DNA of 52,709 nt, the filler included, from Dirinaria sp. TL-2023a (taxonomy: Eukaryota): assembly GCA_051941275.1 (NCBI GenBank). It is 3 parts of 3 records of this genome, joined end to end, with 100 filler letters (N's around TTAATTAATTAA, not from the genome) between each part and the next. Parts side by side here need not be neighbours in the genome. Positions count along the whole stretch, not along the records: positions 1 to 17,562 come from JAVEBF010000426.1; 2 more parts are not named here. One strand, 5' to 3'. Positions 1-10,677 of the stretch are shown here, in pieces. How positions within the stretch are numbered: position 1 is the stretch's first letter; every line of letters begins with the position of its first letter. The notes under the pieces are model-generated. The model had not been told where the DNA came from, did not search any database, and worked only from the letters and a program-made list of their open reading frames with translations. A program made the translations under genes and the position numbers.

Positions 1-104
1 CAGCCGCTCAGCCGAGAAAACGGTATTGCACGTGCCTACTTTACGTGCTGACTTGAGGAACCGTTCCCGAGCTGTATAACAACACTTCGTGGCAATTGAT
101 GCGA

Positions 105-114
105 TCGGCCGAGA
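105..114 (-). promoter_or_regulatory. TCTCGGCCGA element (putative Zn2Cys6 site), copy 1
   Basis: GATCGGCCGAGA (103-114) is the exact reverse complement of 7186-7197. Confidence 0.5.
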
Positions 115-1030
115 TACAAGATCCGTCATCGTGAGACATCGCTCGTGTGCGACCGTCTCGTCCTCTTTCACCCCCGAAAGCCGACCTGAGGTAAGGTAGT
201 TGATCCATTTCGATGGATGCTTGGCAACGAGGGAGCATGTGAGCATGTAAGATGAAGTACTGTAGGCAGACGCCTGATCAGCGAAGATACCGAATGGATG
301 CCTACAGCATGGTGAGATTGTAAGTAGAGATAGAGAGGTATGCGTTGGCGAGCATCGTGCATGGCGAAAATGGGCGGCTGAAAGAACGGTGTGCAGCATA
401 CGGCGTGCAGAATTCTTCAGGCAATCCGAAGTAAGGTAAAGTACTGTAGGTAAATCTTACTTCAGACAGTAGTAGTGTACTGTAAGATCTTACTTACAGG
501 ACCTATACGAGGTGTCCAGTACTCGTACCTTACTGTGCATGCTCTGCTGAGGTGCATCTGACCTTATGCAAGCCCCGTGCTTCCGATTCCTGAACGAGGT
601 ACGTCAAGCACTCGCCCCAATTTGCCCCGAGTTCACCCGATCGCTCGTTACACGCAGGTCTTGGCCGACACAATGTATGTATTCGCCCCTGAGCTTCGCC
701 ACGGTCACCTCCCGGCGGGATTTTTGGAGTTGATAGAAGGTGTAGTACGTACTTGCTGTAGAAAGCGGAAAACTGAACGTTCTAGAATGCAATTTTGCTA
801 AATTCCTGCCAAGCTAACATGCGGATGGAATTGCAGCGTCTAAGTCTAAACGAGAGTCATTCTCTCTCTAGGTAGGTATCGCGTGGCTAGATCGCAATGT
901 GAAAGTAGAAGCAAAGTAAGAAGTAAAGTAGGAAGCAACCGTGAGAAGGGCAACCACCCCCAATGACAGAACGCCGTAGCCAACCAAGCTCCCAGTACGT
1001 CCGGCACAAAATTCTCCGTCCCATGCACCT

Positions 1031-4000
1031 TCACCCCTTTTTCTCCTTGATGAAATGCTGCACCAGGTGGGAGACGGTGGGACAGGTCCAGAGGAGGGTA
1101 GGCCCGACCTTGACTTTGATCGCCTTCGTGATCTGTACCCGTAGCTCCACCGTCATCACCGAGTCCAGGCCCATCTCCGCCAGCACCGCGTTGGGCGCGA
1201 TATCATCTGCTGACAAGCAGAGCGTGGTCGCAACAGCCTGAGTGATCTTCTCCGTCAAGTATGCTTCCAGCTCCGGGCCGTCCGTGGGCTCGGGCCGAGA
1301 GCTTTCTCCTGATTCATTGCCTTGCGTGATCGCGGCCGTATTCCATCGGACAATGTCACTGAGAATCGGATGAGGGAGGAGGTCGTCCTGGTCCAGCGGC
1401 AGCGTCCGCAGGACAACGGCGTGGTCAGTCGCGGACCGCGATATCCGTTCCCACGCGAGAAAGGCTTCGTCGCGCGTGACGTCCGTGATGCCTTTAGCGT
1501 GCAACTCAGCGTCAATGAAGCGCGTGGACGCCGCCATACCTAGGCCCCGCCAGCTTGTCCATAAGATGCTTGTGGTGTTGTCTCCGAGCGCACGGCGCTG
1601 CGACGCTAGTGTATCAAGGAACGCGTTGCCGCTGGCGTACGAAGCCTGCCCTGGAAATCCCAGTAGTTGGCCACAGGACGAGAAAAACACCATGAAGTCG
1701 AGCGTCTTGGGTGGGAAGGCGCTATTGAGGGCAATGGCTCCCAGAATCTTGGGAGCGATGACCCCGTGGAACGCAGTGGCAGTGGTCTCGGTGATGGTCT
1801 GATTAGCTAGCGTGCCGGCTGCGTGAACAACCCCCAGCACTCGAGGTACGGAAAGCTGGTCAAGGGCCGACACAAGTAAATCGGAGGCATTCGACACAGT
1901 CATATCCAGTGTCAGAAGGTGGACCGTTACTCCCATTGCCTCTAATGAAAGGATACGTTGGAGTGTACTGTCCCTTGTTTGGCTGGCCCACTGGCTCCGA
2001 GGAGGTAGGCGGCGTCGAGATACTAGGACCAGCCTACGGGCGCCTTTCTCAGCCAAAAACGCACAAACCTCAAGTCCAAGGGCTCCAAGGCCGCCAACGA
2101 TCAGGTAAGTGCCATGAGGCTTCAAATGCAACGAATCTTGAGCCAACGCTGATGGTGGCGACGTCGTTGGGAACGGTCTAAGTCGAGCTGTACGGGCAAC
2201 CCCGTCCTCAATCTTAATGACATCTCCGCCCTGAACGTACTTCAATGCTTGCATGGGGAATGATGAATCCTCGACATCTATCAGGCCTGCAAATGTACCA
2301 GCTTCTTCGGACTGGATGATGCGGGCAAGACCTATCAGTGGCGCCTGAGATAATACACTATTGCCACTGCCACTCATCGCGTTCTGCGTGATGCAGAAGA
2401 TTCGAGTCTTGCTAGCTGCGTTCACGGCGGTTTTCACCGTGGTCAATAGATTTTCGCAAGATTTCGCGGCGGTGGAGAAGATATTCTCCGAATGCTCCGT
2501 ACTGTCTGCGATAAAGACCACAATAGTATCATCCGTGAGATTGGCAAAGTTTCCGTATTCTGGTACAGTGCAATGTTTGATCCCGATCTTCGAGAGATAA
2601 CGAGTATAGCTATCAAGAAGCGGTGATTTATTAGCGATGAAGCAAACTTGACGGAACTTCAATGGCTGTTCCGATAGTCGTGCCGGAGGCCAAACAATAT
2701 GGTGTACCAAGTCTCGTGTCGAACGACTAGCGGCAGGGTTCCCCTCGACGCCGGAAAACCTCATGGCCTCAATATGGCAAAAAATGAGGCCTTCTTCATC
2801 GGAGAGTGAGATATCGACCAGGTCGTCATCTCCGGAACACTTCTTGGCGTAAACGTAGCTTATGCGTGGAACAAAGACGTCAGGTGAGGTGGTCAGACTT
2901 GTAATGGCTGATGGCATTCGAAGGAGAGGCTTTTGGTAGAAAATCGTCGAGCTGATTGAAGTTGCTGCATCGAGAATGGAAGCTAAGTAACCTCCGTGTT
3001 CTGTTGAGGAGAAGATTTGCTGGGGATCGGCGTCGACTCTGGCTAGCATCTCATCGTCGTTTGCTATGTGTTCGAGCACAACCCATGGAAATGCCATATC
3101 CACAACGTCAACCTCTGCTAGGTAGTCAATTGAAAAGGACGGCTTCAGCACTTTAGACAGTCTCTCTTTGAGGGAAGCAAGCTGCAGTGTCCTGCTTTGA
3201 GCAAGGCCCTCGGCTTTCGTGTGTTGCGCCGTTGTATTGACTAGCCATGAATCTTGCTCGCCACCGTCAACGTCGGTGCTTGTCAATCTGGAAGAAATCC
3301 TCATTTGAATGCCTTCAAGTAGGACTTGAACGTCACGTGGTGGCTCGACAGCTACGGGTACACGAAGGTTCACGTTCCGGAGGGCATGGCCCGGTACAGC
3401 CCGGAGGAAGGTGTGTAAGAGAACGGCAGCGGGGACAATCTCAACACCCTGGACTGGATGGTTTCCTGGAAAAGGTTTCACACCGGGATGTAAGTGTGAC
3501 TGCCATACTACAGTGTTACTTCCGCTGAGACGAGTTTCGCTGCCTAAAAGAACGTGTGCCTTAACATCGTGGCTGACAGTGTCCCTAGTCCTGGTGGACT
3601 CCGCAGTTTTGCGCCAATACGGCTGGTGCTCCCAGACTGTACCAGGAAGGTTATGTAACCAGTGTCCAGGTAAGAGTTGCTTGAGATTGGCTGACTCTCC
3701 AAGGCAGTGAAGCTTGCCGAGGGTGAAAAGGATGGATTTCGAAGGGAGTTTATTTCGTATCAAAGTCGGCAGAACTGTCGCATCCGAACACTGAACGTCC
3801 AGAAGGGTTTCCCGGACCGAATGAGCAACGATTGGATGGCTGGACACTTCCACGAAAATCTTATATCCATCGCTAGCAGCAGCTTTGATGGCAGAGGTGA
3901 GGAGAACAGGCTGTACCATGTTACGCACCCAATATTCCGAGTCCCTCAATTCTGGTGATCTTGGGTCAGAGCTTGAAGTCGAGTAAAGCGTACACTGGGG

Positions 4001-6373
4001 TGGCTTTGCAGTCGCGACCCCTCGCAGTTTCTCCCGAAGTTGGTTTACTAGCTGTCGCATGGAAGGGCTGTGGAAAGCGACATTGGTCTTCACGTGGTAT
4101 GTCGTATATCCCTCTTGCCTCCATTTAGCAGAAGCTTGGTCGACTGCTTCGATGTCTCCAGCCACAACGCAAGAGCTCGGTGACGCATCAATAGCAGCAG
4201 CTATGTCGGTGCGAGAATGTAACTGATAGGCGGCTCTATCAAATGGCATGTTGACCAATGTCATTGCGCCACGTCCGGCAACCTCAAGGTACAGTCGGGA
4301 CCTGATGCAACATATCACAGTTCCCTCGGCAAGCGTAAGCGCCCCTGCGACGACAGAAGCAGCAAGCTCTCCTAGAGAGTGGCCAACCACAGCCTTTGGG
4401 TGAATTCCCTTGGAACGAAGAACGGCCGCGACGCCAACTTGCATCACGAAGGTGAGCACCTGTATTCGGTCGACGGTCTCAAAGCCTCCCGACCGCAAGG
4501 CAGAGGTGGCTGAGAATCCCATCTGCTCTTGGATTACTGGCTCTGCTTCTTCAACGACAGATTGGAAAGCTGGCTCCACATCAATAAGTTCCTTCCCCAT
4601 ATCGTTCCATTGGGCGCCGTGTCCCGAGAACACCCAGACTATGCCTTTGCTTTCCGAAGCCGTCATTGCACGCTCGCTGTAGATGTATTCGCCCTGGCGG
4701 CCCTCAGCAACAGCGGTGAGAAGTTTGATCGCCTCTGCTGAAGTCTCAGCAACAAGTGCAGTGCGGAACTTGTGGTGTCCGCGCTTTACGGCCAATGTGT
4801 ATGCAACAGATTGGGTGACGTCTTTTCCTGGATGATCGACTTCGTAATCCTGGAGCCATTGCACTAGCTTCCCGGCGAAGGCTCTGATACGAGACGCTTG
4901 GGGTGCAGAGAGTAATAGGAGGGAGCTTTGGTGAGGGTCTCGAGGTGCTGCAAACATTCGTTGGTTAGGAAAGGCCCAGCTGCTTGGCGCGGATTCGATG
5001 ACTGCATGTGAGACTGTGCCTCCATAGCCGTATGAAGCAATCGCTGCCCTTCGCGACTGTCTATGTCCTGGCCAGGGCGTTGGTTCCATAGGAACTTGAA
5101 GCAGCGACTGAGCCCAGTCAATCCTGGTATTGAGCTTTTTGAGATTGGCCTGAGGCGGAATCAATCCATTCTGTACAGCCATAACGGCCTTTATGAAACC
5201 GAGTACGCCAGCGCCGGCTTCGAGATGCCCGATGGACGATTTCACAGAGCCTACATAGCAGGGATCTGACTCGCCTCGACTTGAACCAGAACCATACACA
5301 TTTGCCATTGCTTTACACTCTGCGGGATCCCCAATAGGTGTCGATGTTGCATGGGCCTCGACGTAATCAATAGTATCAGCGGAACACTTGGCCTCCTGGA
5401 GAGCTTTGCGCGCGACTTGTTCCTGCGCTTGTTGGTTAGGAGCCATGATTCCGTTAGTTCGACCATCCGAGCCCACTGCAGAGCCTTTCAAAACTGCGAG
5501 AATATGGTCGTCGGCCTCAAGAGCGTCTGTAAGCCGCTTCAATATCACGACGCCTGCACCCTCTCCACGCCCATAGCCCGTTGCAGAATCATCGAACGAC
5601 CGGCAAGCTCCATCGGCAGATAGAGCGCCGGCCACGTCGAGGACTCTTGTCAAACCAGGTCCAATCAAGGCATTGACCCCGCCGGCGATGACGAGGGATG
5701 TTTCCCTTGCAATTAAGGCTTGCCTGCCGTGATGGATGGCCACCAAGGAGGAAGCGCATGCAGCGTCGACTGCTGTGCTAGGTCCGTGCAGGTCCAGAAG
5801 ATATGATAAACGATTAGGTATACCGCAGAAAGCAGTTCCCACTCCCATCCAGGCTTCAATGTTTGATAGGTCCTCTAAAAGTAGCCGGGAATAGTCATCG
5901 GAATTGACGCCCATGTATACGGCTGCGTCGGAACCGGCGAGGCTCTGCGGAGGAATACCGGCATCTTCCAAAGCTTCCCAGACGACCTCGGCTGCAATAC
6001 GTTGCTGAGGATCGATCTGCTCTGCTTCTCGAGGCGAGATGCCGAAAAATGTCGCGTCGAAATCCTCTAACCGGTCTAAGAAATACCCCTTTGATGTTGT
6101 TCGAGCAAGTACGTCCGGGTTTTCGGGCTGCCGTTTCTTGTAGGACTCCCATCTCATTGGCGGGATGTCGCCAACGGCATTTCCCTTATTAAGCAAAAAG
6201 TTCCAGAGCTGGGAAGGGGAGTCGTTGCTTCCGGGCACGCGGCATGCATATCCAACTACAGCGACATCGTTGTTGTCAAAAGCAGACTCGTCAATGGAGA
6301 TGGAAGAAGCTGGTGTGACATGAGAACTACGCTCACCGGCCAGCAGGCTTGAGATGGACTCCGGGTTCGACAT
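1031..6373 (-). CDS. 6-methylsalicylic acid synthase (partially reducing iterative type I PKS, KS-AT-TH-KR-ACP), 1780 aa; MacA/YanA/AtX/PatK family
   Basis: Single uninterrupted ORF. KS motifs DAACASS, EAHATST and GHLEAGAG; AT GHSLGE and AFHS; TH FPGNHPVQGVEIVPAAVLL; KR GGLGALG and GQASYASGN; ACP MGLDSVM. Size and domain order are typical of fungal MSAS. Confidence 0.95.
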   Translation of the reverse strand: MSNPESISSLLAGERSSHVTPASSISIDESAFDNNDVAVVGYACRVPGSNDSPSQLWNFLLNKGNAVGDIPPMRWESYKKRQPENPDVLARTTSKGYFLDRLEDFDATFFGISPREAEQIDPQQRIAAEVVWEALEDAGIPPQSLAGSDAAVYMGVNSDDYSRLLLEDLSNIEAWMGVGTAFCGIPNRLSYLLDLHGPSTAVDAACASSLVAIHHGRQALIARETSLVIAGGVNALIGPGLTRVLDVAGALSADGACRSFDDSATGYGRGEGAGVVILKRLTDALEADDHILAVLKGSAVGSDGRTNGIMAPNQQAQEQVARKALQEAKCSADTIDYVEAHATSTPIGDPAECKAMANVYGSGSSRGESDPCYVGSVKSSIGHLEAGAGVLGFIKAVMAVQNGLIPPQANLKKLNTRIDWAQSLLQVPMEPTPWPGHRQSRRAAIASYGYGGTVSHAVIESAPSSWAFPNQRMFAAPRDPHQSSLLLLSAPQASRIRAFAGKLVQWLQDYEVDHPGKDVTQSVAYTLAVKRGHHKFRTALVAETSAEAIKLLTAVAEGRQGEYIYSERAMTASESKGIVWVFSGHGAQWNDMGKELIDVEPAFQSVVEEAEPVIQEQMGFSATSALRSGGFETVDRIQVLTFVMQVGVAAVLRSKGIHPKAVVGHSLGELAASVVAGALTLAEGTVICCIRSRLYLEVAGRGAMTLVNMPFDRAAYQLHSRTDIAAAIDASPSSCVVAGDIEAVDQASAKWRQEGYTTYHVKTNVAFHSPSMRQLVNQLREKLRGVATAKPPQCTLYSTSSSDPRSPELRDSEYWVRNMVQPVLLTSAIKAAASDGYKIFVEVSSHPIVAHSVRETLLDVQCSDATVLPTLIRNKLPSKSILFTLGKLHCLGESANLKQLLPGHWLHNLPGTVWEHQPYWRKTAESTRTRDTVSHDVKAHVLLGSETRLSGSNTVVWQSHLHPGVKPFPGNHPVQGVEIVPAAVLLHTFLRAVPGHALRNVNLRVPVAVEPPRDVQVLLEGIQMRISSRLTSTDVDGGEQDSWLVNTTAQHTKAEGLAQSRTLQLASLKERLSKVLKPSFSIDYLAEVDVVDMAFPWVVLEHIANDDEMLARVDADPQQIFSSTEHGGYLASILDAATSISSTIFYQKPLLRMPSAITSLTTSPDVFVPRISYVYAKKCSGDDDLVDISLSDEEGLIFCHIEAMRFSGVEGNPAASRSTRDLVHHIVWPPARLSEQPLKFRQVCFIANKSPLLDSYTRYLSKIGIKHCTVPEYGNFANLTDDTIVVFIADSTEHSENIFSTAAKSCENLLTTVKTAVNAASKTRIFCITQNAMSGSGNSVLSQAPLIGLARIIQSEEAGTFAGLIDVEDSSFPMQALKYVQGGDVIKIEDGVARTARLRPFPTTSPPSALAQDSLHLKPHGTYLIVGGLGALGLEVCAFLAEKGARRLVLVSRRRLPPRSQWASQTRDSTLQRILSLEAMGVTVHLLTLDMTVSNASDLLVSALDQLSVPRVLGVVHAAGTLANQTITETTATAFHGVIAPKILGAIALNSAFPPKTLDFMVFFSSCGQLLGFPGQASYASGNAFLDTLASQRRALGDNTTSILWTSWRGLGMAASTRFIDAELHAKGITDVTRDEAFLAWERISRSATDHAVVLRTLPLDQDDLLPHPILSDIVRWNTAAITQGNESGESSRPEPTDGPELEAYLTEKITQAVATTLCLSADDIAPNAVLAEMGLDSVMTVELRVQITKAIKVKVGPTLLWTCPTVSHLVQHFIKEKKG

Positions 6374-7185
6374 GGCTCATAGATTTAGGAGCCCAAGCGA
6401 TGGGGCATTGACTTGACGGAGAGAGAGTGTGTGTGTGAAGGAGAAGCTGAGGCCTGCTTCGGGGAATATATATCAAGGCACCTGGTCGGTCAAACGTAAG
6501 CGGGGACCAAAACAATCCTTCTTTCAGGGGGTGAGTAGTATGCCAAACTGTCGACTGCACGTGCAGCCCGGTAGGCAAATTTTCAAGACCTTGAGGTACC
6601 TGAAGTACGTGAATTTCCTTCCCGATGAACCATCTGATGGTAGCACAATCCCTTGGTATTGGCAAGACGGGAGGAAGGTAAGTACCTACCTCAGGTAGCC
6701 TGCCGCCCTGAAACGCTCTAGACCGCCTACAACAAGGTACGTGAATCTTGTATAGGAACCTTTGGCCGAGCGCTATACCTCGCTTTCCCTGCATAGAGAC
6801 CCACTCCTGATGCTGGACAAAGTAAGGTAGGGTAACATTGGACCGACTGGTAGCTTTTTGCTATCGTCCTTTGATTAAGGCCAGTAGCAACAATAGCGCA
6901 AGTCGTCAGGACGTTGAGTGTTGTATGGCTCCAGAACGCCTTGGGGAGGGATTGCGGTGTGCGGAAGTCCTATCCGACCGCTGCAGGATTTTGGCTGCAT
7001 CAGTTCAGTCCACGCGCCACTTACCAGAACCAAAGGCACGGTAAAGAAAGGAATACTTACCTTACCTCAGGTACCTTACCTTACCTTCACCTTGACCTTG
7101 ACCGACTAATTGGACCCCAAACCTCAAGGTACCATAGACCACTATCGGTCGGTCGGTGAGTCAGCAGATGATGATTGGGTCCAAT

Positions 7186-7195
7186 TCTCGGCCGA
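7186..7195 (+). promoter_or_regulatory. TCTCGGCCGA element in the MSAS/cyclase divergent promoter, copy 2
   Basis: About 220 nt upstream of the cyclase ATG. Confidence 0.55.
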
Positions 7196-7412
7196 TCTGA
7201 ACATGGAAACAATTTTCGACAACCTGCTAAGGTAGGTAAGACAAGAGGCTTTGGTATTTCAGAGGATTCCAGCTGAGTTCAGCCTCGTAAAGCAATATCG
7301 CGGGCGCCTTCACTCTCGTTCCGCCTCCATCTTCATTCCGTCTTCATTCCATCTTCACTCCATTTTCCCTCCATCTTCCCCCCATCTCCCCACCATCCTC
7401 ATCGCAACCTCG

Positions 7413-8254
7413 ATGCAGCTCCTCGTGCTGGATGACTGGGCAGCTGCCAATGCCGATTACGCTGCTGATCCTGCTCCGTACTGGCATGCCAAAATCGTTC
7501 CGGATGGATTCACCGCGTTATCAGGCGTACTCTGGTCCGTATCCTACATCCTGATGGCCATTCAAGCTCGGCGAGACAGGTCATACGCGATGCCGATCTT
7601 TTGCCTTTGCTTGAACATCTCTTGGGAGTTCGTGTATGGCTTCATCTATGGGCCAGGCTTGGTCAATCAGATTGTCTTTGCCCAGTGGGTCTTGGTCGAC
7701 GTCTACCTCTTTTACGCAATCGTGCAGTCGGCCGGGGAACAGTGGAAGAACTCGCCGCTGGTGCAACGACACCTGATCCCGATCATCTCCAGCGGCTGCA
7801 TCTTGTGCTTGTGGCTCCACCTCGCCGCTGCGGCAACCTTCATTCCCAGCGTTGGCCGGCGTGTGGTGTTTTATACGGCTTGGCCGATGCAATTGGCAAT
7901 CAACATAGGCTCCGTAGCGCAGCTGCTGTCCAGAGGACACACTGGAGGCCATTCATGGAATATCTGGTGAGTCAGCTGATTGCCGGAATGTGCACATGGT
8001 TACGGTATCTAATCAGCGGAAGGTGGACTCGGACTTCGGGAACGATTGCGGCCGGGTGCTGCTTCTACTGGCGCATCTACTTCTGGCCTGAACGCTTTGG
8101 CTACGCCTGGACTCCATACGGGGCCTTTCTTCTGCTTGGCAGTCATTTGTTCGATTTGCTCTATCCTTTCGTGTTTGTGTATGTCCAGAAATACGAAGGA
8201 ACCTCACGCGTAGCATCTCCAACTTATGATGCAACGTATAAGAAAAAGAAGTAA
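7413..8254 (+). CDS. Integral-membrane terpene cyclase (Pyr4/PaxB family), MacJ-like; exons 7413-7966, 8023-8254
   Basis: ATG at 7413; intron GTGAGT (7967)...CTAAT...AAG (8022) joins the two ORFs as GHSWNIW-WTRTSG. Multiple hydrophobic helices, family motifs RSYAMP and LCLNISWEF, acidic residues in PDGF, VDVY and LFDLLY. The sequence closely resembles the macrophorin cyclase MacJ as I recall it. Confidence 0.85.
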
Positions 8255-8470
8255 GCTTACATGAACTGGCCCCGTTTCAAATGATGCAATTTGGGTGCCA
8301 ATAGATAGATGTCTTCGGCTTGCTATACTTTTGTCGGGCTCCAAACACGTAAGCAACTATAGATTTGGAGGGGTTTCTTCGTGAAACCGTTAGGAATGCA
8401 ACATGAGAATTGTTTAGAAGCGCAACGTAACCAAGAAGTCTTGGTAACATCGACGAGAGGAGAGCACGCA

Positions 8471-9346
8471 TCATTGACCTTTCCCCGCTCCATTCGCCTT
8501 CTGGCACCGGTCTCTTGCCTTCTGCTGAGCGTCTCGAACCGCGTATCGCTTGTGAACCCAGCTTTGCTCCATTTTGTCGCATGCTTGCTGCCAGTCGGTC
8601 GTCCACTCTGGGTAGTATGGGGCATATCCCATAAGGCCTCCAATCCAACGTCCAACGATGATACCAAGCCACAAGCCCACCAGCGAACGGAAGGGCACCC
8701 AAGAAGGGGGTGAAAGATAGGAATGCCCAGCATCGAACATCTGGCAGAGCAGAGTCAGTGCTCAAGGAAGGCACTCCCCAAGCCGGAGGGCGGATGCTTA
8801 CAGCAAGAACCTGTATAAGATCCAATTTCTCCCCACGCTGAAAAACATCTTCTTGATAGCCATACCAATTCTCAAAGAAGGCCTGGTCAAGTACGCTCTC
8901 GCTGTCTTGCTCGGCGTCACTCGCGCTAACGACAAACTCGACGTCGTTCATTTCCGTGCCTGGCGTACCGTAAACAACGTGATGGGTGTAGGGTCTGACT
9001 GCTATTTCGCCGTCCTCTTTGGTCAGATGCTTCGGGATACCGTTGAGGTCGATTGTCAAGTTGCCCTTCAAGACGCGGAAGAACTCCCATTGGTACGGGT
9101 GGAAATGGGTCGGAGGCTTTTTGCCGTCTGCAATAAGTTGTGCGTATATGCCAAGTTTTGGCCTCATGACACCTTGAAATTCGAATTGTCGATTTGGAGG
9201 GCAGGGAAGGGTTCCAACAGAAATAGCTCCACCAAACCTGGATCTCGTTAGCGATAAATCCACGTAGAGGAATTGAGACAGAGGCGCAAGTACTTGGTCA
9301 ATGGGTCCTCTCCCGCCGTGAATGTTCGAGGACGGCACGGAGCCAT
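8471..9346 (-). CDS. Cupin-fold oxidoreductase, YanE/MacE/AtD/PatJ/OpS7-like, about 252 aa; exons 9346-9294, 9237-8802, 8740-8471
   Basis: Cupin motifs PPTHFHPYQWEFFRV and PYTHH; FFENWYGY and GLMGYAPYYPEWTTDW. Two canonical introns (GTACTT..CTAAC..CAG; GTAAGC..CTGAC..CAG) keep the frame. Confidence 0.8.
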
Positions 9347-9566
9347 TGCGGAGTAGCCCTTGTTGACCAAGCTCAAGCACCCTTTCACCTGTATAAATGG
9401 TGCTGTGCAAGGATCTCGGAGCCCGTATTCGAGAAGTTGTACCAGCGAACACTTCTGTATCTGCCTAACTTACCTTACCTTACATAGCGGTGAGGAGTTG
9501 AGGTGGTGTATATTCTGATGATGCAAAGTCCACACGGTCCTTTCAGCCTTCCCTCATTCGTCACCA

Positions 9567-9577
9567 TTCTCGGCCGG
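9567..9577 (+). promoter_or_regulatory. TTCTCGGCCGG element upstream of the cupin gene, copy 3
   Basis: About 220 nt upstream of the cupin ATG; identical 11-mer to 13125-13135. Confidence 0.55.
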
Positions 9578-10175
9578 GCCGGGTGGGCTGTCGGCACGAA
9601 CGTCACCGCTCAATGCTCATTGCGATGTAAGATATTTAAAACGCAGTCAGAAGCGGAAGATCTAGAGAGTTCATTCTCCACCTCTGACGCCTGTAGCGGA
9701 TGAGATAGCAGGCATCTCCAGACGTACCTTACAGCTTGTTGCTGTCGCTGGAATGCGAAGGTAAAGCACCGAAGCTTGAGACTGGTACTCACCCATGAAT
9801 TACCACTGATGGTATTACAGGTGGACTGTTCATGACCTGACCCAATTCATCTCGTTAATATACCTGCTGATACATATTTGGTTTTGAGGACCATCGAGCA
9901 CCGGACGGTCTCTATACCTTTGATAAGATGATGGTGATAGCGAACACGGAAAATACAGGTATGCGAGCGCCTTTAGCGAAGTCCCGCCTCGATTTCGCGC
10001 GGGTGGGTTCTGTTGCTGCTCTCCTGCTCTAACCCTTTTTGGATCTGAAACCGACCACCACGCGTTATGAATGCTGAGTAATACATTAGTAAGGTAAGAA
10101 AGGTACCTTAAAGTAGAGTACCTTAGCTCGGTAGCTCGGGTAATACTTACTGTACCTTACACATATCACTTGAGA

Positions 10176-10186
10176 CTCGGCCGAGA
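10176..10186 (-). promoter_or_regulatory. CTCGGCCGAG(A) palindromic element upstream of the MFS gene, copy 4
   Basis: Perfect 10-bp palindrome about 490 nt upstream of the MFS ATG. Confidence 0.55.
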
Positions 10187-10677
10187 GAAGTCTGAGTTGA
10201 TGACCAACTCAGAAGCCTTGCGGATGCGTGAGCCTCGTGAGGTGCTCAATGTATTAGTAAGTACCAAGTGGCGCGTAGCCAATGACAGTCGCTTTGTAAT
10301 TGGAGGAAGAAGAAGAATGGACTCTATTTGCAGATGGAGGCTCATTCCTACTGTACTTCATGTATCCAGCCACACCTTACCTACTTTAAGGATCGGTTTG
10401 TCATGTCCGCGCTGAATCACGTTATTTGACCATGGACAGCTCAAAATCCGACCTCTCGATCCTTGCTGCAACGCCTTCCCTCTCAGAAATGCTTCCAAAT
10501 TCATGATGCTGACCTTCAACTGTTCTTGAAACTTCGTCATTTCTTTACTTCTTGCACCGTCTTTCCAAATTACATAGTCACCTACGGCACCTACTCCACT
10601 GATATCCAGTCCTTGTGCCCAATTCAAAATCGAGGACCATATCTGCAATCGACTCGTACCCAGAAACCTAGATCAGA

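Noticed and set aside
8277..9452. 391-aa ORF as a single-exon protein
   Set aside because: It reads through introns and changes frame; the 3-exon model 9346-8471 gives a coherent cupin protein.
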